Source: Candidatus Hydrothermarchaeum profundi
GTDB taxonomy: Archaea > Hydrothermarchaeota > Hydrothermarchaeia > Hydrothermarchaeales > Hydrothermarchaeaceae
Reading direction: 5' to 3'
Assembly: GCA_002011125.2 (NCBI GenBank)
Contig: MTMF02000009.1
Location: 872,989-936,988, forward strand
DNA length: 64,000 nucleotides
The notes under the pieces are model-generated. The model was not told the origin of the DNA and did not search any database. It was given only the letters and a program-made list of their open reading frames with translations. Made by a program: the position numbers and the translations under genes. Each line of letters starts with the position of its first letter. Within the stretch, counting starts at the first letter, position 1. Shown here piece by piece: positions 20,132 to 29,751 of this stretch.

Positions 20132-21151
20132 TTAGTGTACTCCCTTAACAGCTTTGACTGTTCTTTTAAGCAATAATTGAGCAACTTTTTGATCTGGCCA
20201 TGCGCCTAATCCACAATCAGGACCAGCGTATAACATTCTGTCGCCAAAAAATTCTTTTGCTTTAATATACCTTTTTCTTATTTCATTTACATCGTCTACT
20301 AATTTGTTTCCCTCTGGGGTAATTCCTTTTTCCATCAGTTCTGCGATTATGTAATCGATATTTGTCCGACTAACGCCTCCTCTTATAAATTTATCATAAT
20401 TCTCTAGCTCACTTTTCTTAATTAACTCCATATTCATAGGTGAAGATGCAAACTCCCCGGTTAATATGTCTACTCCTGAGGCTCTTAGAGGTAACTCTGC
20501 GGCCTTCAAAGAGTGTAAGTGTATTTGCACATCTGTAGAGACAGATTCAACAGATTTTTCTATAGAGGATACTAAGTCATCCTTTTCGACATCTAACAGA
20601 TCGACTATTCCCAGACTAGGCTCGTCTATAGCTACTGCTTGAGTTTTTACATATTTCGTGTTCAAAATAGAGTTTTTAAGAAAACGGTTTACGCTCTTAG
20701 CTAGATTGTCTAAAACATCCTTATAGATGTGATATCCGAAGGGGGTTTTAAGATAGAGTTCAATGCATCCAGTTACGCATACTTTTAGCTTTAACTTTTC
20801 TTCCTTATTTTCATAATATCCTTTGGCTTCTGATTCGACGATAGAAAGCTCTGGAATTACAGCATATTTTCTTTCTATTAAGTAGGGCTCTCTTTGATGT
20901 TCCTCTATAGCATCTAAAAACTGTTTATGCATATCATAATGCTGTGGATAATTAATTACATCTAAACCTGAATTGATCTTATATCTCAATGAACTTTCAA
21001 CAGCTAGACAAAACGCTTTTAACTCAGATAGCTCATGTAGGTCTTTACCCTCTGCGTATGCTTTTTGAGCGAGGGGATATATCTTATTAAATTCGTCTTT
21101 AGTTACCTCTTGAGGGAGAGGAAAGCTGCCTATGTCGTCGACATATACCAT
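20132..21151 (-). CDS. Core (folate-independent) methionine synthase, probably MesC type
   Basis: Single MetE C-terminal-like domain: DDIGSFPLP, IDEPSLG, Zn site HLH in place of HxC, and GPDCGL. Confidence 0.8.
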   Translation of the reverse strand: MVYVDDIGSFPLPQEVTKDEFNKIYPLAQKAYAEGKDLHELSELKAFCLAVESSLRYKINSGLDVINYPQHYDMHKQFLDAIEEHQREPYLIERKYAVIPELSIVESEAKGYYENKEEKLKLKVCVTGCIELYLKTPFGYHIYKDVLDNLAKSVNRFLKNSILNTKYVKTQAVAIDEPSLGIVDLLDVEKDDLVSSIEKSVESVSTDVQIHLHSLKAAELPLRASGVDILTGEFASSPMNMELIKKSELENYDKFIRGGVSRTNIDYIIAELMEKGITPEGNKLVDDVNEIRKRYIKAKEFFGDRMLYAGPDCGLGAWPDQKVAQLLLKRTVKAVKGVH

Positions 21152-21190
21152 AGTAAGTATGCGGCTTTTATTTTATAATTTTCTTTCGAA

Positions 21191-21706
21191 TTAAAGTATC
21201 AGATTTTCCTCAGTCATGCCACCACAACCATTGGATCCAAATGACCTGTAACATCCTCCCGGGGAATAGCATGCATCTCCAGTATACCCACTAGGATTAG
21301 TGAACTTGATCCATTCTCTTACAGCTCTCTCGAGTTGTTCGGCATTATAATTGTGCTCGGCGATAAGATAGTTCGAGAGACCCCATACGCTTTTAGCTAG
21401 ATTACATTCGCAACAGCAGGTTAAAACTGGATAGTCTGAGCAGCATGGGGCAGGGATAGATTTTAGGACTTCCCATTTTATTTTTTCTTGCTCTGGTGTT
21501 AGTTTTATAGAGTGGAAGTATCCTATGAATTCAGGAGTCTGAGATTTTACGTCGTAGAAGCTAAAATCAGGTATTTTTACTTCACTTTGTTCGCTAAGAG
21601 TATTTTCGCTGCTTGAGCCTATACATCCACCGAATAGAAGGAGGACAACTCCCAGTAAAAATGCTTTTAAAGGCATATTAGGTAGCATTTCTCTATCTAA
21701 CATCAT
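21191..21706 (-). CDS. Cys-rich lipoprotein of unknown function
   Basis: Lipobox-like LLLFGGC; PCCSDY..LTCCCECN and C..PGGC...GCGGM. Confidence 0.7.
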   Translation of the reverse strand: MMLDREMLPNMPLKAFLLGVVLLLFGGCIGSSSENTLSEQSEVKIPDFSFYDVKSQTPEFIGYFHSIKLTPEQEKIKWEVLKSIPAPCCSDYPVLTCCCECNLAKSVWGLSNYLIAEHNYNAEQLERAVREWIKFTNPSGYTGDACYSPGGCYRSFGSNGCGGMTEENLIL

Positions 21707-21715
21707 ATTTAATAT

Positions 21716-22180
21716 TTATAAGTGATCTTTGGCTTCTTTTCCATGATGTTCGTCTTCCCAAGCGGCATATTTAGGATTTAATACCGTATAATGCTGAGGG
21801 GAGTATGGTTTGATATCTAGCACAGGTGAGCCGTCCATAGCGTCTAGGCCTTTCAAATAAAGCTTATTTCCCTTAACTTTCAGTATCCTGCAGGGAGTTA
21901 CGCCTATAGGATTAGGATGGAATGGACCGCCGCTAGCGAAAACTCCTATCTTTGGGAATCTGGGATCGTTGAAGGGTCTTACTATCATATCCGCTCTCTT
22001 AGCCATATGCATGTGGTATACAATAATTACATGGGAGAAATGTTTTTCGATATCTTTTAATCCTCTCTCATATTCAGAAAAAACCTCTACTATGCCTTCT
22101 CCATCTCTTTCGTAATAGTCGCTTTGCTCTGGCGATTTGAAATCTGATCTTACAACTCCAATAGGCTCGTAGTTTATCAT
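21716..22180 (-). CDS. TsaA/TrmO-like (YaeB fold) tRNA methyltransferase family
   Basis: PIGVVRS, FSHVIIVYH.H, GVFA...P..PNPIG and GLDA.DGSPVLDIKPY motifs. Confidence 0.85.
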   Translation of the reverse strand: MINYEPIGVVRSDFKSPEQSDYYERDGEGIVEVFSEYERGLKDIEKHFSHVIIVYHMHMAKRADMIVRPFNDPRFPKIGVFASGGPFHPNPIGVTPCRILKVKGNKLYLKGLDAMDGSPVLDIKPYSPQHYTVLNPKYAAWEDEHHGKEAKDHL

Positions 22181-22297
22181 AGTATCAAAAATTTAATATA
22201 TCCAACAAATAATTTTTGGACTATAATCGGGCCAAACTTTTCTAATGTAGCTGTTGGTTATAAATTGGAGAGGCGATACATAAGGAGTGGTTGAATA

Positions 22298-23230
22298 ATG
22301 AATCTAAATTTGAAGGCAGTTAAAATAGTTGAGGAGCTTATCTTAAAAAAAAGCGAGCTGAAAGTAGGATTTACTGAGCTAGAAAATGGATGTAAAATAG
22401 TAGATTGCGGTATAAAATATGAAGGCTCGCTTGAAGCTGGGAGACTTTACACTTTAGCATGTTTGGGAGGGGTTGCCGATGTTCAGCTGGGAGAAATAGA
22501 CTATGGCGATTTCTCAATGAAAGAAGTGGTGGTGGCGACAGAATATCCGCTTATAGCATGTCTTTCATCTCAGAAAGCAGGATGGAATATAAAGGGTGAT
22601 GGTTTCTTTGCTCTAGGCTCTGGGCCTGCAAGGATACTAGCTAAAAAGCCTAAAGACACTTATGAGAAAATAGGATACTCTGAAAAATCAGAAAAAGCTG
22701 TGTTAGCGTTAGAATGCAGTAAATATCCTCCGGCAGAAGTATGTGACGAAATTGCAAACGCTTGTAATGTAGCCCCTGAAAATCTTTACATTTTAGTTGC
22801 TAGGACGGCTTCTTTGACAGGAACCATTCAAATTTCTGCAAGAGCATTAGAGACGTGTCTTTATAAAATGGACCATCTGGGACTTAATTTAAAATCGGTA
22901 GTAAGAGGCAAAGGTTCTGCTCCTGTGCCTCCAATAGTCGGAGGGGATTCTAAAATGATGGGTATCACGAATGATATGATAATCTACGGAGCCAGAGTTT
23001 ATTTGGAATCTGAAGAGGATATTGATATTAAAAAAGTACCTTCGAATTCTTCTCCAGCCTATGGAAAGCCTTTTGAAGAGATATTCAAAGAAGCAGGATA
23101 CGATTTCTATAAGATTAACCCGGCTATTTTTGCACCAGCCGAGGTAACACTAAAAAATTTAAAAACAGGAAAAACTAGGAAGGCAGGAGAAGTTAATATA
23201 GGAGTATTGAAGAAATCGATTGGCGTATGA
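22298..23230 (+). CDS. mch: Methenyltetrahydromethanopterin cyclohydrolase
   Basis: DCG...GS.EAG, CL.SQKAGW, LGSGPAR, T.S..G.IQISAR..E, TND.IIYG and YGKPF.EIF.EAG.DFYKI...FAPA motifs. Confidence 0.95.
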   Translation: MNLNLKAVKIVEELILKKSELKVGFTELENGCKIVDCGIKYEGSLEAGRLYTLACLGGVADVQLGEIDYGDFSMKEVVVATEYPLIACLSSQKAGWNIKGDGFFALGSGPARILAKKPKDTYEKIGYSEKSEKAVLALECSKYPPAEVCDEIANACNVAPENLYILVARTASLTGTIQISARALETCLYKMDHLGLNLKSVVRGKGSAPVPPIVGGDSKMMGITNDMIIYGARVYLESEEDIDIKKVPSNSSPAYGKPFEEIFKEAGYDFYKINPAIFAPAEVTLKNLKTGKTRKAGEVNIGVLKKSIGV

Positions 23231-23952
23231 GTAAGGTCTATTTGGTTGGAGCAGGCCCTGGTGATCCTGGACTAATCACAGTTAAGGGCATGGAGTTGTT
23301 AAAAAAAGCGGATGTTATAATCTATGATAGGCTTGGAGGTGGAGGTAAGCTTTTAAAACACGCTAGACCTGATGCGGAACTAATTTATGTGGGAAAGAAA
23401 GCTGGTGCTCATACAATTAAGCAGGATAGGATAAATCAGATCTTAGTGGAAAAAGCGAGAGAGGGGAAAATGGTTGTAAGACTTAAAGGAGGGGACCCTT
23501 TTGTCTTTGGTAGAGGCGGGGAAGAAGTAATGCACCTAGTAAAAAAAGGTATAGACTACGAGATTGTTCCAGGCATCACGACACCTATAGCGCTACCAGC
23601 ACTTGCAGGGATACCTATCACTGATCGGAGATATTCTTCTAGCTTCACTGTCGTAACTGGGCATCGTGCTAGAGGGAAGCGTCTAATAAACTACTCTGAG
23701 TTAAAAGCTGATACGATAATTGTTTTAATGGGCGTTAAGAATCTTCCCCTTATAATCGATGATTTACTTAAAACCCGTAGCCCGAAAACCCCGGTGGCTA
23801 TTATAGAAAAAGGGACAACTTCTCAAGAGCGCACTATAATCACCACCTTAGGTGAAGCTAAGGAGGTTGCAAAATCAGAGAATGTTAGGCCGCCAGCAGT
23901 AACGATAATTGGGGAAGTTGTAAATCTCAGGAAGAGATTTGTTAAGGAGTGA
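23227..23952 (+). CDS. cobA: Uroporphyrinogen-III C-methyltransferase
   Basis: VYLVGAGPGDPGLIT, RLKGGDPFVFGRGGEE and VTGH motifs. Confidence 0.94.
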   Translation: MSKVYLVGAGPGDPGLITVKGMELLKKADVIIYDRLGGGGKLLKHARPDAELIYVGKKAGAHTIKQDRINQILVEKAREGKMVVRLKGGDPFVFGRGGEEVMHLVKKGIDYEIVPGITTPIALPALAGIPITDRRYSSSFTVVTGHRARGKRLINYSELKADTIIVLMGVKNLPLIIDDLLKTRSPKTPVAIIEKGTTSQERTIITTLGEAKEVAKSENVRPPAVTIIGEVVNLRKRFVKE

Positions 23953-23954
23953 CT

Positions 23955-24797
23955 CTATCCTTTAATAAGGTGAGAGCCGTCACATGTGACCTCGTTGGGG
24001 AGGCCTTCTCTACAGGTGGCAAACGTGATGCCCCAGTGTCTACAGTTTTCTTTTACCTGTTGCATTAGCTTAACTCGTAGTTCTCTTGGGAGGTAATATG
24101 AGTTGTTATGTTTTGATCCCTTCTTAAAATAAAGTTCCTCTAACTCCTTAGCGATGTCTCTAAATGTAGAGGAAAACCTTTTCCATGAGTCATATCTCGG
24201 TTTAAATGTAGAGGAAACTATGTGTTTGACGCCGATATCTGAAAGTTCTTTGACTATTCTCTTTGTATCTTCGTTTAGTCCTGGTATTATTGGGTCTATT
24301 CTACACGAGACAGGTATCCCCTTTTCAATAAGTTCGTGAATCGCTCGCAATCTCTTTTCAGGTGTAGGTGCATGCGGCTCTAACTTCCTCGCTAGATTCT
24401 CGTCTAGTGTTGTTATCGTCATACTCACGCTAGTCCGCATGTTCTTTAATAGGTCTGCGTCTCTTACAACGAGATCGGATTTTGTTATTATCAGTATTTT
24501 AAAGTCCTTCAATATTTTTAGGCAGGCTCTCGTAATCTTATGAGTCTTCTCTAGGGGAGTGTAAGGATCAGAGCTGTTTGACATGGATATAGGTATGTTT
24601 GGATTTAGTTTTTTCTTTTCCTTCATAACGGTCTTAAGCAGATTCTTTTTAATTCTCCCCTCATGTCCCCGTGGAATGTATGAAGTAATATAACAGTATA
24701 CACATTTATGCTCGCATCCAGTGTAAGGATTAAATGAGTATTTCTTTGGGCACGTGCACAGATCTCCTTTCCATGGGTCGAAGTATCGTATGAGCAT
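23955..24797 (-). CDS. Radical SAM protein, SplB-like family
   Basis: FDPWK..LCTCP.KYS.NPYTGCEHKCVYCY, SSDPY.P.E and TKS.LV.RD motifs. Confidence 0.85.
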   Translation of the reverse strand: MLIRYFDPWKGDLCTCPKKYSFNPYTGCEHKCVYCYITSYIPRGHEGRIKKNLLKTVMKEKKKLNPNIPISMSNSSDPYTPLEKTHKITRACLKILKDFKILIITKSDLVVRDADLLKNMRTSVSMTITTLDENLARKLEPHAPTPEKRLRAIHELIEKGIPVSCRIDPIIPGLNEDTKRIVKELSDIGVKHIVSSTFKPRYDSWKRFSSTFRDIAKELEELYFKKGSKHNNSYYLPRELRVKLMQQVKENCRHWGITFATCREGLPNEVTCDGSHLIKG

Positions 24798-24866
24798 CTT
24801 TCAAGCTCCGCTTGCTTTAATAGAAGTTCTACTTTTATTTATGAGAAGTGACGTTTTCCTTCAATT

Positions 24867-25241
24867 ATGAAAGTGGTTAATAGGAATAAAATTAGGGCGT
24901 TCATTACTAAAGATAAGTCCCTCATTAGAGAAATATTGCATCCTAAAAATTCAGAGGTTAAAAACCAAAGTCTCGCAGAAGCTATTGTAAAACCCGGGGG
25001 ATCCACTCTACCCCACAAGCACATTAGATCTGAGGAAATATACTATATTTTAGAAGGTAGAGGAAGGGTCACGGTCGGTGAGGAAACTGCGGTGGTTTCT
25101 GAGTTTGACGCTATCCTTATACCTCCCGGCATGATTCATTATATTGAAAATATAGGAGATAAGGACTTGGTATTTCTTTGCGTGAGTTCTCCGCCATATT
25201 CTCACACCGATTCACAATTATGTAGTAATTCTTATATATAA
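24867..25241 (+). CDS. Cupin domain protein
   Basis: FITKD.S.IRE, H.H..SEEIYYIL.G.G and IPPG..H motifs. Confidence 0.88.
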   Translation: MKVVNRNKIRAFITKDKSLIREILHPKNSEVKNQSLAEAIVKPGGSTLPHKHIRSEEIYYILEGRGRVTVGEETAVVSEFDAILIPPGMIHYIENIGDKDLVFLCVSSPPYSHTDSQLCSNSYI

Positions 25242-25262
25242 AAAAAGCTACATATCAGAAGG

Positions 25263-25592
25263 ATGCAAGACGATCTCGCTATTAAAAAGATGGTCAAGGG
25301 ATTTCGGGAATTAATTATAATTCTCTTCTTAACACAGAAGCCTATGCATGGCTACGAAATAAAAAAGAAGTTCGAAGACTTGTTCTATGTTAATTATCCT
25401 TCGAGTGTCATTTATCCCATGTTGCGTGGGCTTGAAAAAAAAGGGTACATAAAATCTGAATGGAAACAGGCTGGCGGTAGGAGAAAGAGGCTGTACTCAG
25501 CGACTGAGGAAGGCAGAGCCGTTTTAAAGAGATCTAGGGAGATACTTGAAAAGCCTGCAAGAGAGGTTTTGATGTCTATAATTGGGGAATGA
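25263..25592 (+). CDS. PadR-family transcriptional regulator
   Basis: PMHGYEI, IYP.L..LEKKG.I and RKRLYS.TEEG motifs. Confidence 0.9.
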   Translation: MQDDLAIKKMVKGFRELIIILFLTQKPMHGYEIKKKFEDLFYVNYPSSVIYPMLRGLEKKGYIKSEWKQAGGRRKRLYSATEEGRAVLKRSREILEKPAREVLMSIIGE

Positions 25593-25596
25593 TCCC

Positions 25597-26655
25597 ATGG
25601 GACTCAGATATTGGCTGTGGAAGCTAGGCGAATTTCAAGCAAAACATGCGGCAGCGATATTTGCGGTTTCTTTAGCGTTTACTGTCTTTATGGGAGTTGG
25701 AGTAACTAAGATAAAGCTACAAACAGATCTATCAAAGGAGTTGCCAGAGGATGCACCGCCTATAGAGTTAATGAGAGATGTCGCCTCAAAGTTTGGAGGG
25801 AATGACCTATTTATTATTTTATTTGAAGTAGACAGAGAAGCAAAAGACCCGGATAGAGTCGTTGACATTAGGGACCCCAGAGCGTTATACATTATATCGG
25901 AGCTTGAAAATAAGCTTAGGAGAGAAGCAGAAATCGCTGAGGTTATATCTTTTGCGTCAAATGGGGAATTTAGCAAAGATTATTCTTCTACTGTTATATT
26001 CGCAACAGTTGATCTAGGGGGTAAAGAGGAAAGAATTAAAGAAGTAGCCGAGTTAGTAGGAGAGGATATTGAGTCCCTACCATTGATACCCGGTCTTAAA
26101 ATCAGGCTTACGGGTACCCCTTTAATGAGAACCACTCTAATGGAGCTTCTCGTAAGTGATGCAACCTACACTATATTTTTGTCTGCAGTCATAATACTGA
26201 TAATGCTTATTTTCATGAGTAGACCTTTCACTCGGGGTTTCCTTATTTTCCTCCCTTTAATAAATGGGCTTACCTGGACCCTTGGAACGATGGGTTGGTT
26301 GAATATCCCCCTCTCCATAGCTACGGTGGGTATTGGTGCTATGATCCTTGGGCTTGGAGTTGAGTATGGGGTCTTTATTGTTAGGGGTTATGAGGCCGAG
26401 AGGCGTAAAGGTAGAAGCCAGCGAGAGGCTTTAACGACGGTTATTTCAGGCATAGGCACCGCTATTACTGGCTCTGCTACCACTACAATCATAGGTTTTC
26501 TCGCATTGCTTCTAGCAAGTATGCCTATGATTCAACACATGGGAAGTACTTTAGCCCTCGGTATATTCTACTGTTTTGTCGCTGCAGTAATAGTGAATCC
26601 CTCTTTTATCGTACTAGAAGAAAATTTTATGAGGAGGCTGAGGCATGCCAGTTAG
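25597..26655 (+). CDS. RND/MMPL-family transporter, half-size subunit 1
   Basis: TM helix, extracytoplasmic domain, then five TM helices with GLGVEYG and TT.IGFLAL. Start moved to ATG 25597. Confidence 0.85.
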   Translation: MGLRYWLWKLGEFQAKHAAAIFAVSLAFTVFMGVGVTKIKLQTDLSKELPEDAPPIELMRDVASKFGGNDLFIILFEVDREAKDPDRVVDIRDPRALYIISELENKLRREAEIAEVISFASNGEFSKDYSSTVIFATVDLGGKEERIKEVAELVGEDIESLPLIPGLKIRLTGTPLMRTTLMELLVSDATYTIFLSAVIILIMLIFMSRPFTRGFLIFLPLINGLTWTLGTMGWLNIPLSIATVGIGAMILGLGVEYGVFIVRGYEAERRKGRSQREALTTVISGIGTAITGSATTTIIGFLALLLASMPMIQHMGSTLALGIFYCFVAAVIVNPSFIVLEENFMRRLRHAS

Positions 26656-27784
26656 ACTTATAGAGAGGTATGGCCAATTAGTTGCTCGTTATCCCTTTAT
26701 ATCCTTAGTGTTTGTGATCATGATCACAGTGGGAGCATTCTATGGTGCTTCTAGGGTTTCTATGAGAGGCATGAGCTTTAGTTCAATGTTTCCTAGTGAT
26801 ATAGAAGTTAAAAGGACCATGAAGGTAGTTGAGGATAACTTCGGAGGCTCAGAAAGTGTGAATATAGTAGTCCATCTTGATCCGGAACAAACAGGTTATA
26901 ATTCGATTATGGATATCCGTGATCCAGAAGTTTTGAGATTTGTTGATATACTAAGTAAAAAAAGTAGGGATGTAGAGAATGTTCTACAAGTGACGTCTAT
27001 AGCTGATATATTAAGGAATGAGAATAATGGCATACTACCGAATTCTAAAAGAGAGATTCTCTCTTTACTTAAAGCCTCACAGAGGAGTAGAAGTTATGTT
27101 TCCGAAGACTATTCTACAACCTTAGTTAAGATTAGATTAGGTAATATTGAAGGCCAGGAAGAAGTATTAGTATCTGATCTTGAGGAAATTATAGCTCAGA
27201 CTACGCCCCCCTCTGGCGTAAAGGCCGAAATCTCAGGTTCTCCTGTAATATATGTGCTTTTCAAAGAGTCAACTGGGCCTGATATGTCGAGGACTACTAT
27301 GTATTCTTTTATAGGAATCTTGGTCGTAGCAATCTTGTTATTTGCTTCGATAAAGCATGGAATTATACCTATCATTAGTGTGGCTATAGGACTTTTGTGG
27401 GCTTTTGGATTAATGGGGGTCCTTGGAATAAGAATAAGCTCTAATATGGCGGGGTTTGGCTCGATGGTCATGGGGATAGGTATAGATTTCGCTATACAAG
27501 TTGTAAACAGGTTCAGATTGGAGAAAGAAGGGCTTTTCAGCGATAACCAGAAGAAAAAGCCTGAAGAGGCTCTAGCAAAAGCTCTTTCGAACACTTTTAT
27601 TCCTATGAGTACAACTACTCTAGCGGCGTTAATCGGGTTTAGAGCTATGTCTTTAGGTAAACTAACGATAATGGGAGATCTTGGAACTGTTATGTCTCTT
27701 GGGGTACTCGCATGTATGGGCACCGCTCTAACATTAGTTCCATCTCTCCTTATTATAAGTGAAAAATTTGAGAAGGTGGTTTAA
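26645..27784 (+). CDS. RND/MMPL-family transporter, half-size subunit 2
   Basis: Same topology as subunit 1, with GIGIDFAI and TT.A..GF motifs. Confidence 0.85.
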   Translation: MPVRLIERYGQLVARYPFISLVFVIMITVGAFYGASRVSMRGMSFSSMFPSDIEVKRTMKVVEDNFGGSESVNIVVHLDPEQTGYNSIMDIRDPEVLRFVDILSKKSRDVENVLQVTSIADILRNENNGILPNSKREILSLLKASQRSRSYVSEDYSTTLVKIRLGNIEGQEEVLVSDLEEIIAQTTPPSGVKAEISGSPVIYVLFKESTGPDMSRTTMYSFIGILVVAILLFASIKHGIIPIISVAIGLLWAFGLMGVLGIRISSNMAGFGSMVMGIGIDFAIQVVNRFRLEKEGLFSDNQKKKPEEALAKALSNTFIPMSTTTLAALIGFRAMSLGKLTIMGDLGTVMSLGVLACMGTALTLVPSLLIISEKFEKVV

Positions 27785-29032
27785 ATGAGAATATTATTAA
27801 TATTAGTGGTTTTGTGTCTTGTCCCGGCTTCTTATGCTATAGAGGCTGATTTTTATCTTATGGATATCAGTCCACAAAAAGTTGTGCCAGGTGAGAATAC
27901 AACTCTGAACATAACCCTTAAGAATCTTGCTCCCGCGCTAGCCAGCTATGTGAAAGCGAGTCTGGATCCTGAAGATGTAGCCCCTATAGACCCATTGGGG
28001 GCTGGAAAATATTTCTTAACTAAGAAGGCTGTTAAAGCGTCAGGAGATGAGAAGTATTTTGGGGCCGTATGGCAATATGAGGAGCTGTATTTGTCAATAC
28101 CTATCTACACCAAGTCCGGCACAGCTGAAGGTGTATACAATGTCCCTCTGGTAGTAGAATGGAAAAATGAGAAGCTTGAAGACAAGTCTCAAACCCTATA
28201 TGTCAACTTACTTGTTCAAGGCGAGATTGATATTGGACTAACTTCATTCTCTACCGAGCCATCTAAGATTAGGAGTGGTGATGAGGATATTAAAGTAACA
28301 TTCACCTTTGAGAATACTGGGGAGGCTGCAGCTCAAAATATTGAGATCCGTCTACTACTAGCGCCACCTTTTTCCACTACTTATTCTCACGGTGATAGGG
28401 CCTATATAGGGAGCTTAGGACCAGGTGAAGCGCAGTCAGTGACTTTTTATATAGATATCGACGAAAACGTAAAGCCAGGAAAATACTCTATACCATTCGA
28501 GATAACTTACAAGGATAAAAGAAACGACAGGTATGCAAAGAAAGATAGCGTAGAGGTTATTATAGAACCAAAACCCTATTTTGAAATCTCTAGCACCAAT
28601 TTGAAGCCCTCTACTCTAAAGCCTGGAGATCATTCGCTTCTCTATATAAATTTGAAGAACATAGGATTTGAGAAGGCAGAAGCTGTTGACGTAAGAGTAG
28701 TAAGAGAGACTGGGCAGCCTTTCAGATATGATGTAAGAAGTGACTTTATTGGAACTTTGAAACCGAACGAGACAGGTACAGCGGTTCTAGAATTTGATGT
28801 TGAGAAAGATGCAATTCCAAAAGAATACCTTTTAAGGATTATAGTTAGATGTACAGGAGACACTGAAAAAGGAGATACAAATGTTTACACTCAAGAATTA
28901 AAGGTGCCATTATTAGTTAATGAAGGAAGTTCTGAAAATATAAGCTTAAAATATCTCGCAGTAATTGTAGTGTTGTTAGCGGGTTTAATAGCTTGGCTAA
29001 AGTTAAGAAAGCCAAAGGAAACCGAAGAATAA
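27785..29032 (+). CDS. COG1361 S-layer-like Ig-repeat protein with C-terminal membrane anchor
   Basis: Signal peptide, repeated I..G....N.G...A..I Ig-like units and a C-terminal TM helix plus basic tail; typical partner of archaeal RND exporters. Confidence 0.82.
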   Translation: MRILLILVVLCLVPASYAIEADFYLMDISPQKVVPGENTTLNITLKNLAPALASYVKASLDPEDVAPIDPLGAGKYFLTKKAVKASGDEKYFGAVWQYEELYLSIPIYTKSGTAEGVYNVPLVVEWKNEKLEDKSQTLYVNLLVQGEIDIGLTSFSTEPSKIRSGDEDIKVTFTFENTGEAAAQNIEIRLLLAPPFSTTYSHGDRAYIGSLGPGEAQSVTFYIDIDENVKPGKYSIPFEITYKDKRNDRYAKKDSVEVIIEPKPYFEISSTNLKPSTLKPGDHSLLYINLKNIGFEKAEAVDVRVVRETGQPFRYDVRSDFIGTLKPNETGTAVLEFDVEKDAIPKEYLLRIIVRCTGDTEKGDTNVYTQELKVPLLVNEGSSENISLKYLAVIVVLLAGLIAWLKLRKPKETEE

Positions 29033-29066
29033 AAAGTAGCCAGGTCTTTCGGAAAAATTGTGAAAA

Positions 29067-29702
29067 CTATTCAGTCCTAGCCATTTCTATGAATCTTTTT
29101 ACCTTCTCTAGGTCTTTTATCCCTTTTTCAGTCTCCACACCGCTTGAAACATCAACTGCATAAGGCCTAACAACTTTAATAGCATCTTTGACGTTCTCCG
29201 GGGTTAGACCACCTGCCAAAAATACAGGCTTTTCTACTTCCTCAACTATCCTTCTAGAAATCTCCCAGTCATGCGTTTCCCCCGAGCCGCCCATTTCTTT
29301 AGAGCTTGTATCTAACAAGATAGCATCACTAAACTTGGAGTGATCTTTTGCTTTCTTGATTGCATCTTCTCCTACATGTATCGTCTTAATAATATTGCAA
29401 GGAATGAGGCTTCGGAGCTGTTTAACGAAAGCTGGGGGTTCATTTCCATGTAGTTGTAGATAGTCAGGTCTCACTGTATTATACAGTCTAACAGCTTCTT
29501 CAATAGTCGTAGGCATTATTACAGCTACGCCGGAGGCCTCGTATTCTACTGCTCTGAGTATTTCTCTTGCTTTAGATGCGGTTACTTTTCTTGGCGTATT
29601 CACAGGCACTTCTACAATGACGCCAATATAGTCCGCTCCCATTTGTGCTATTTTAACTGCAAGTTCTGGCTCGGTATTTCCGCATATTTTTACTGCAACC
29701 AT
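29067..29702 (-). CDS. trpF: Phosphoribosylanthranilate isomerase
   Basis: VKICG, QLHG.E, LLD, GGSG.T.DW, LAGGL.PENV and VDVSSGVE motifs. Confidence 0.95.
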   Translation of the reverse strand: MVAVKICGNTEPELAVKIAQMGADYIGVIVEVPVNTPRKVTASKAREILRAVEYEASGVAVIMPTTIEEAVRLYNTVRPDYLQLHGNEPPAFVKQLRSLIPCNIIKTIHVGEDAIKKAKDHSKFSDAILLDTSSKEMGGSGETHDWEISRRIVEEVEKPVFLAGGLTPENVKDAIKVVRPYAVDVSSGVETEKGIKDLEKVKRFIEMARTE

Positions 29703-29751
29703 GATTTCACTTTGATTATGTTACCCCTGATAAACTTTGTCAATCTGGTAG

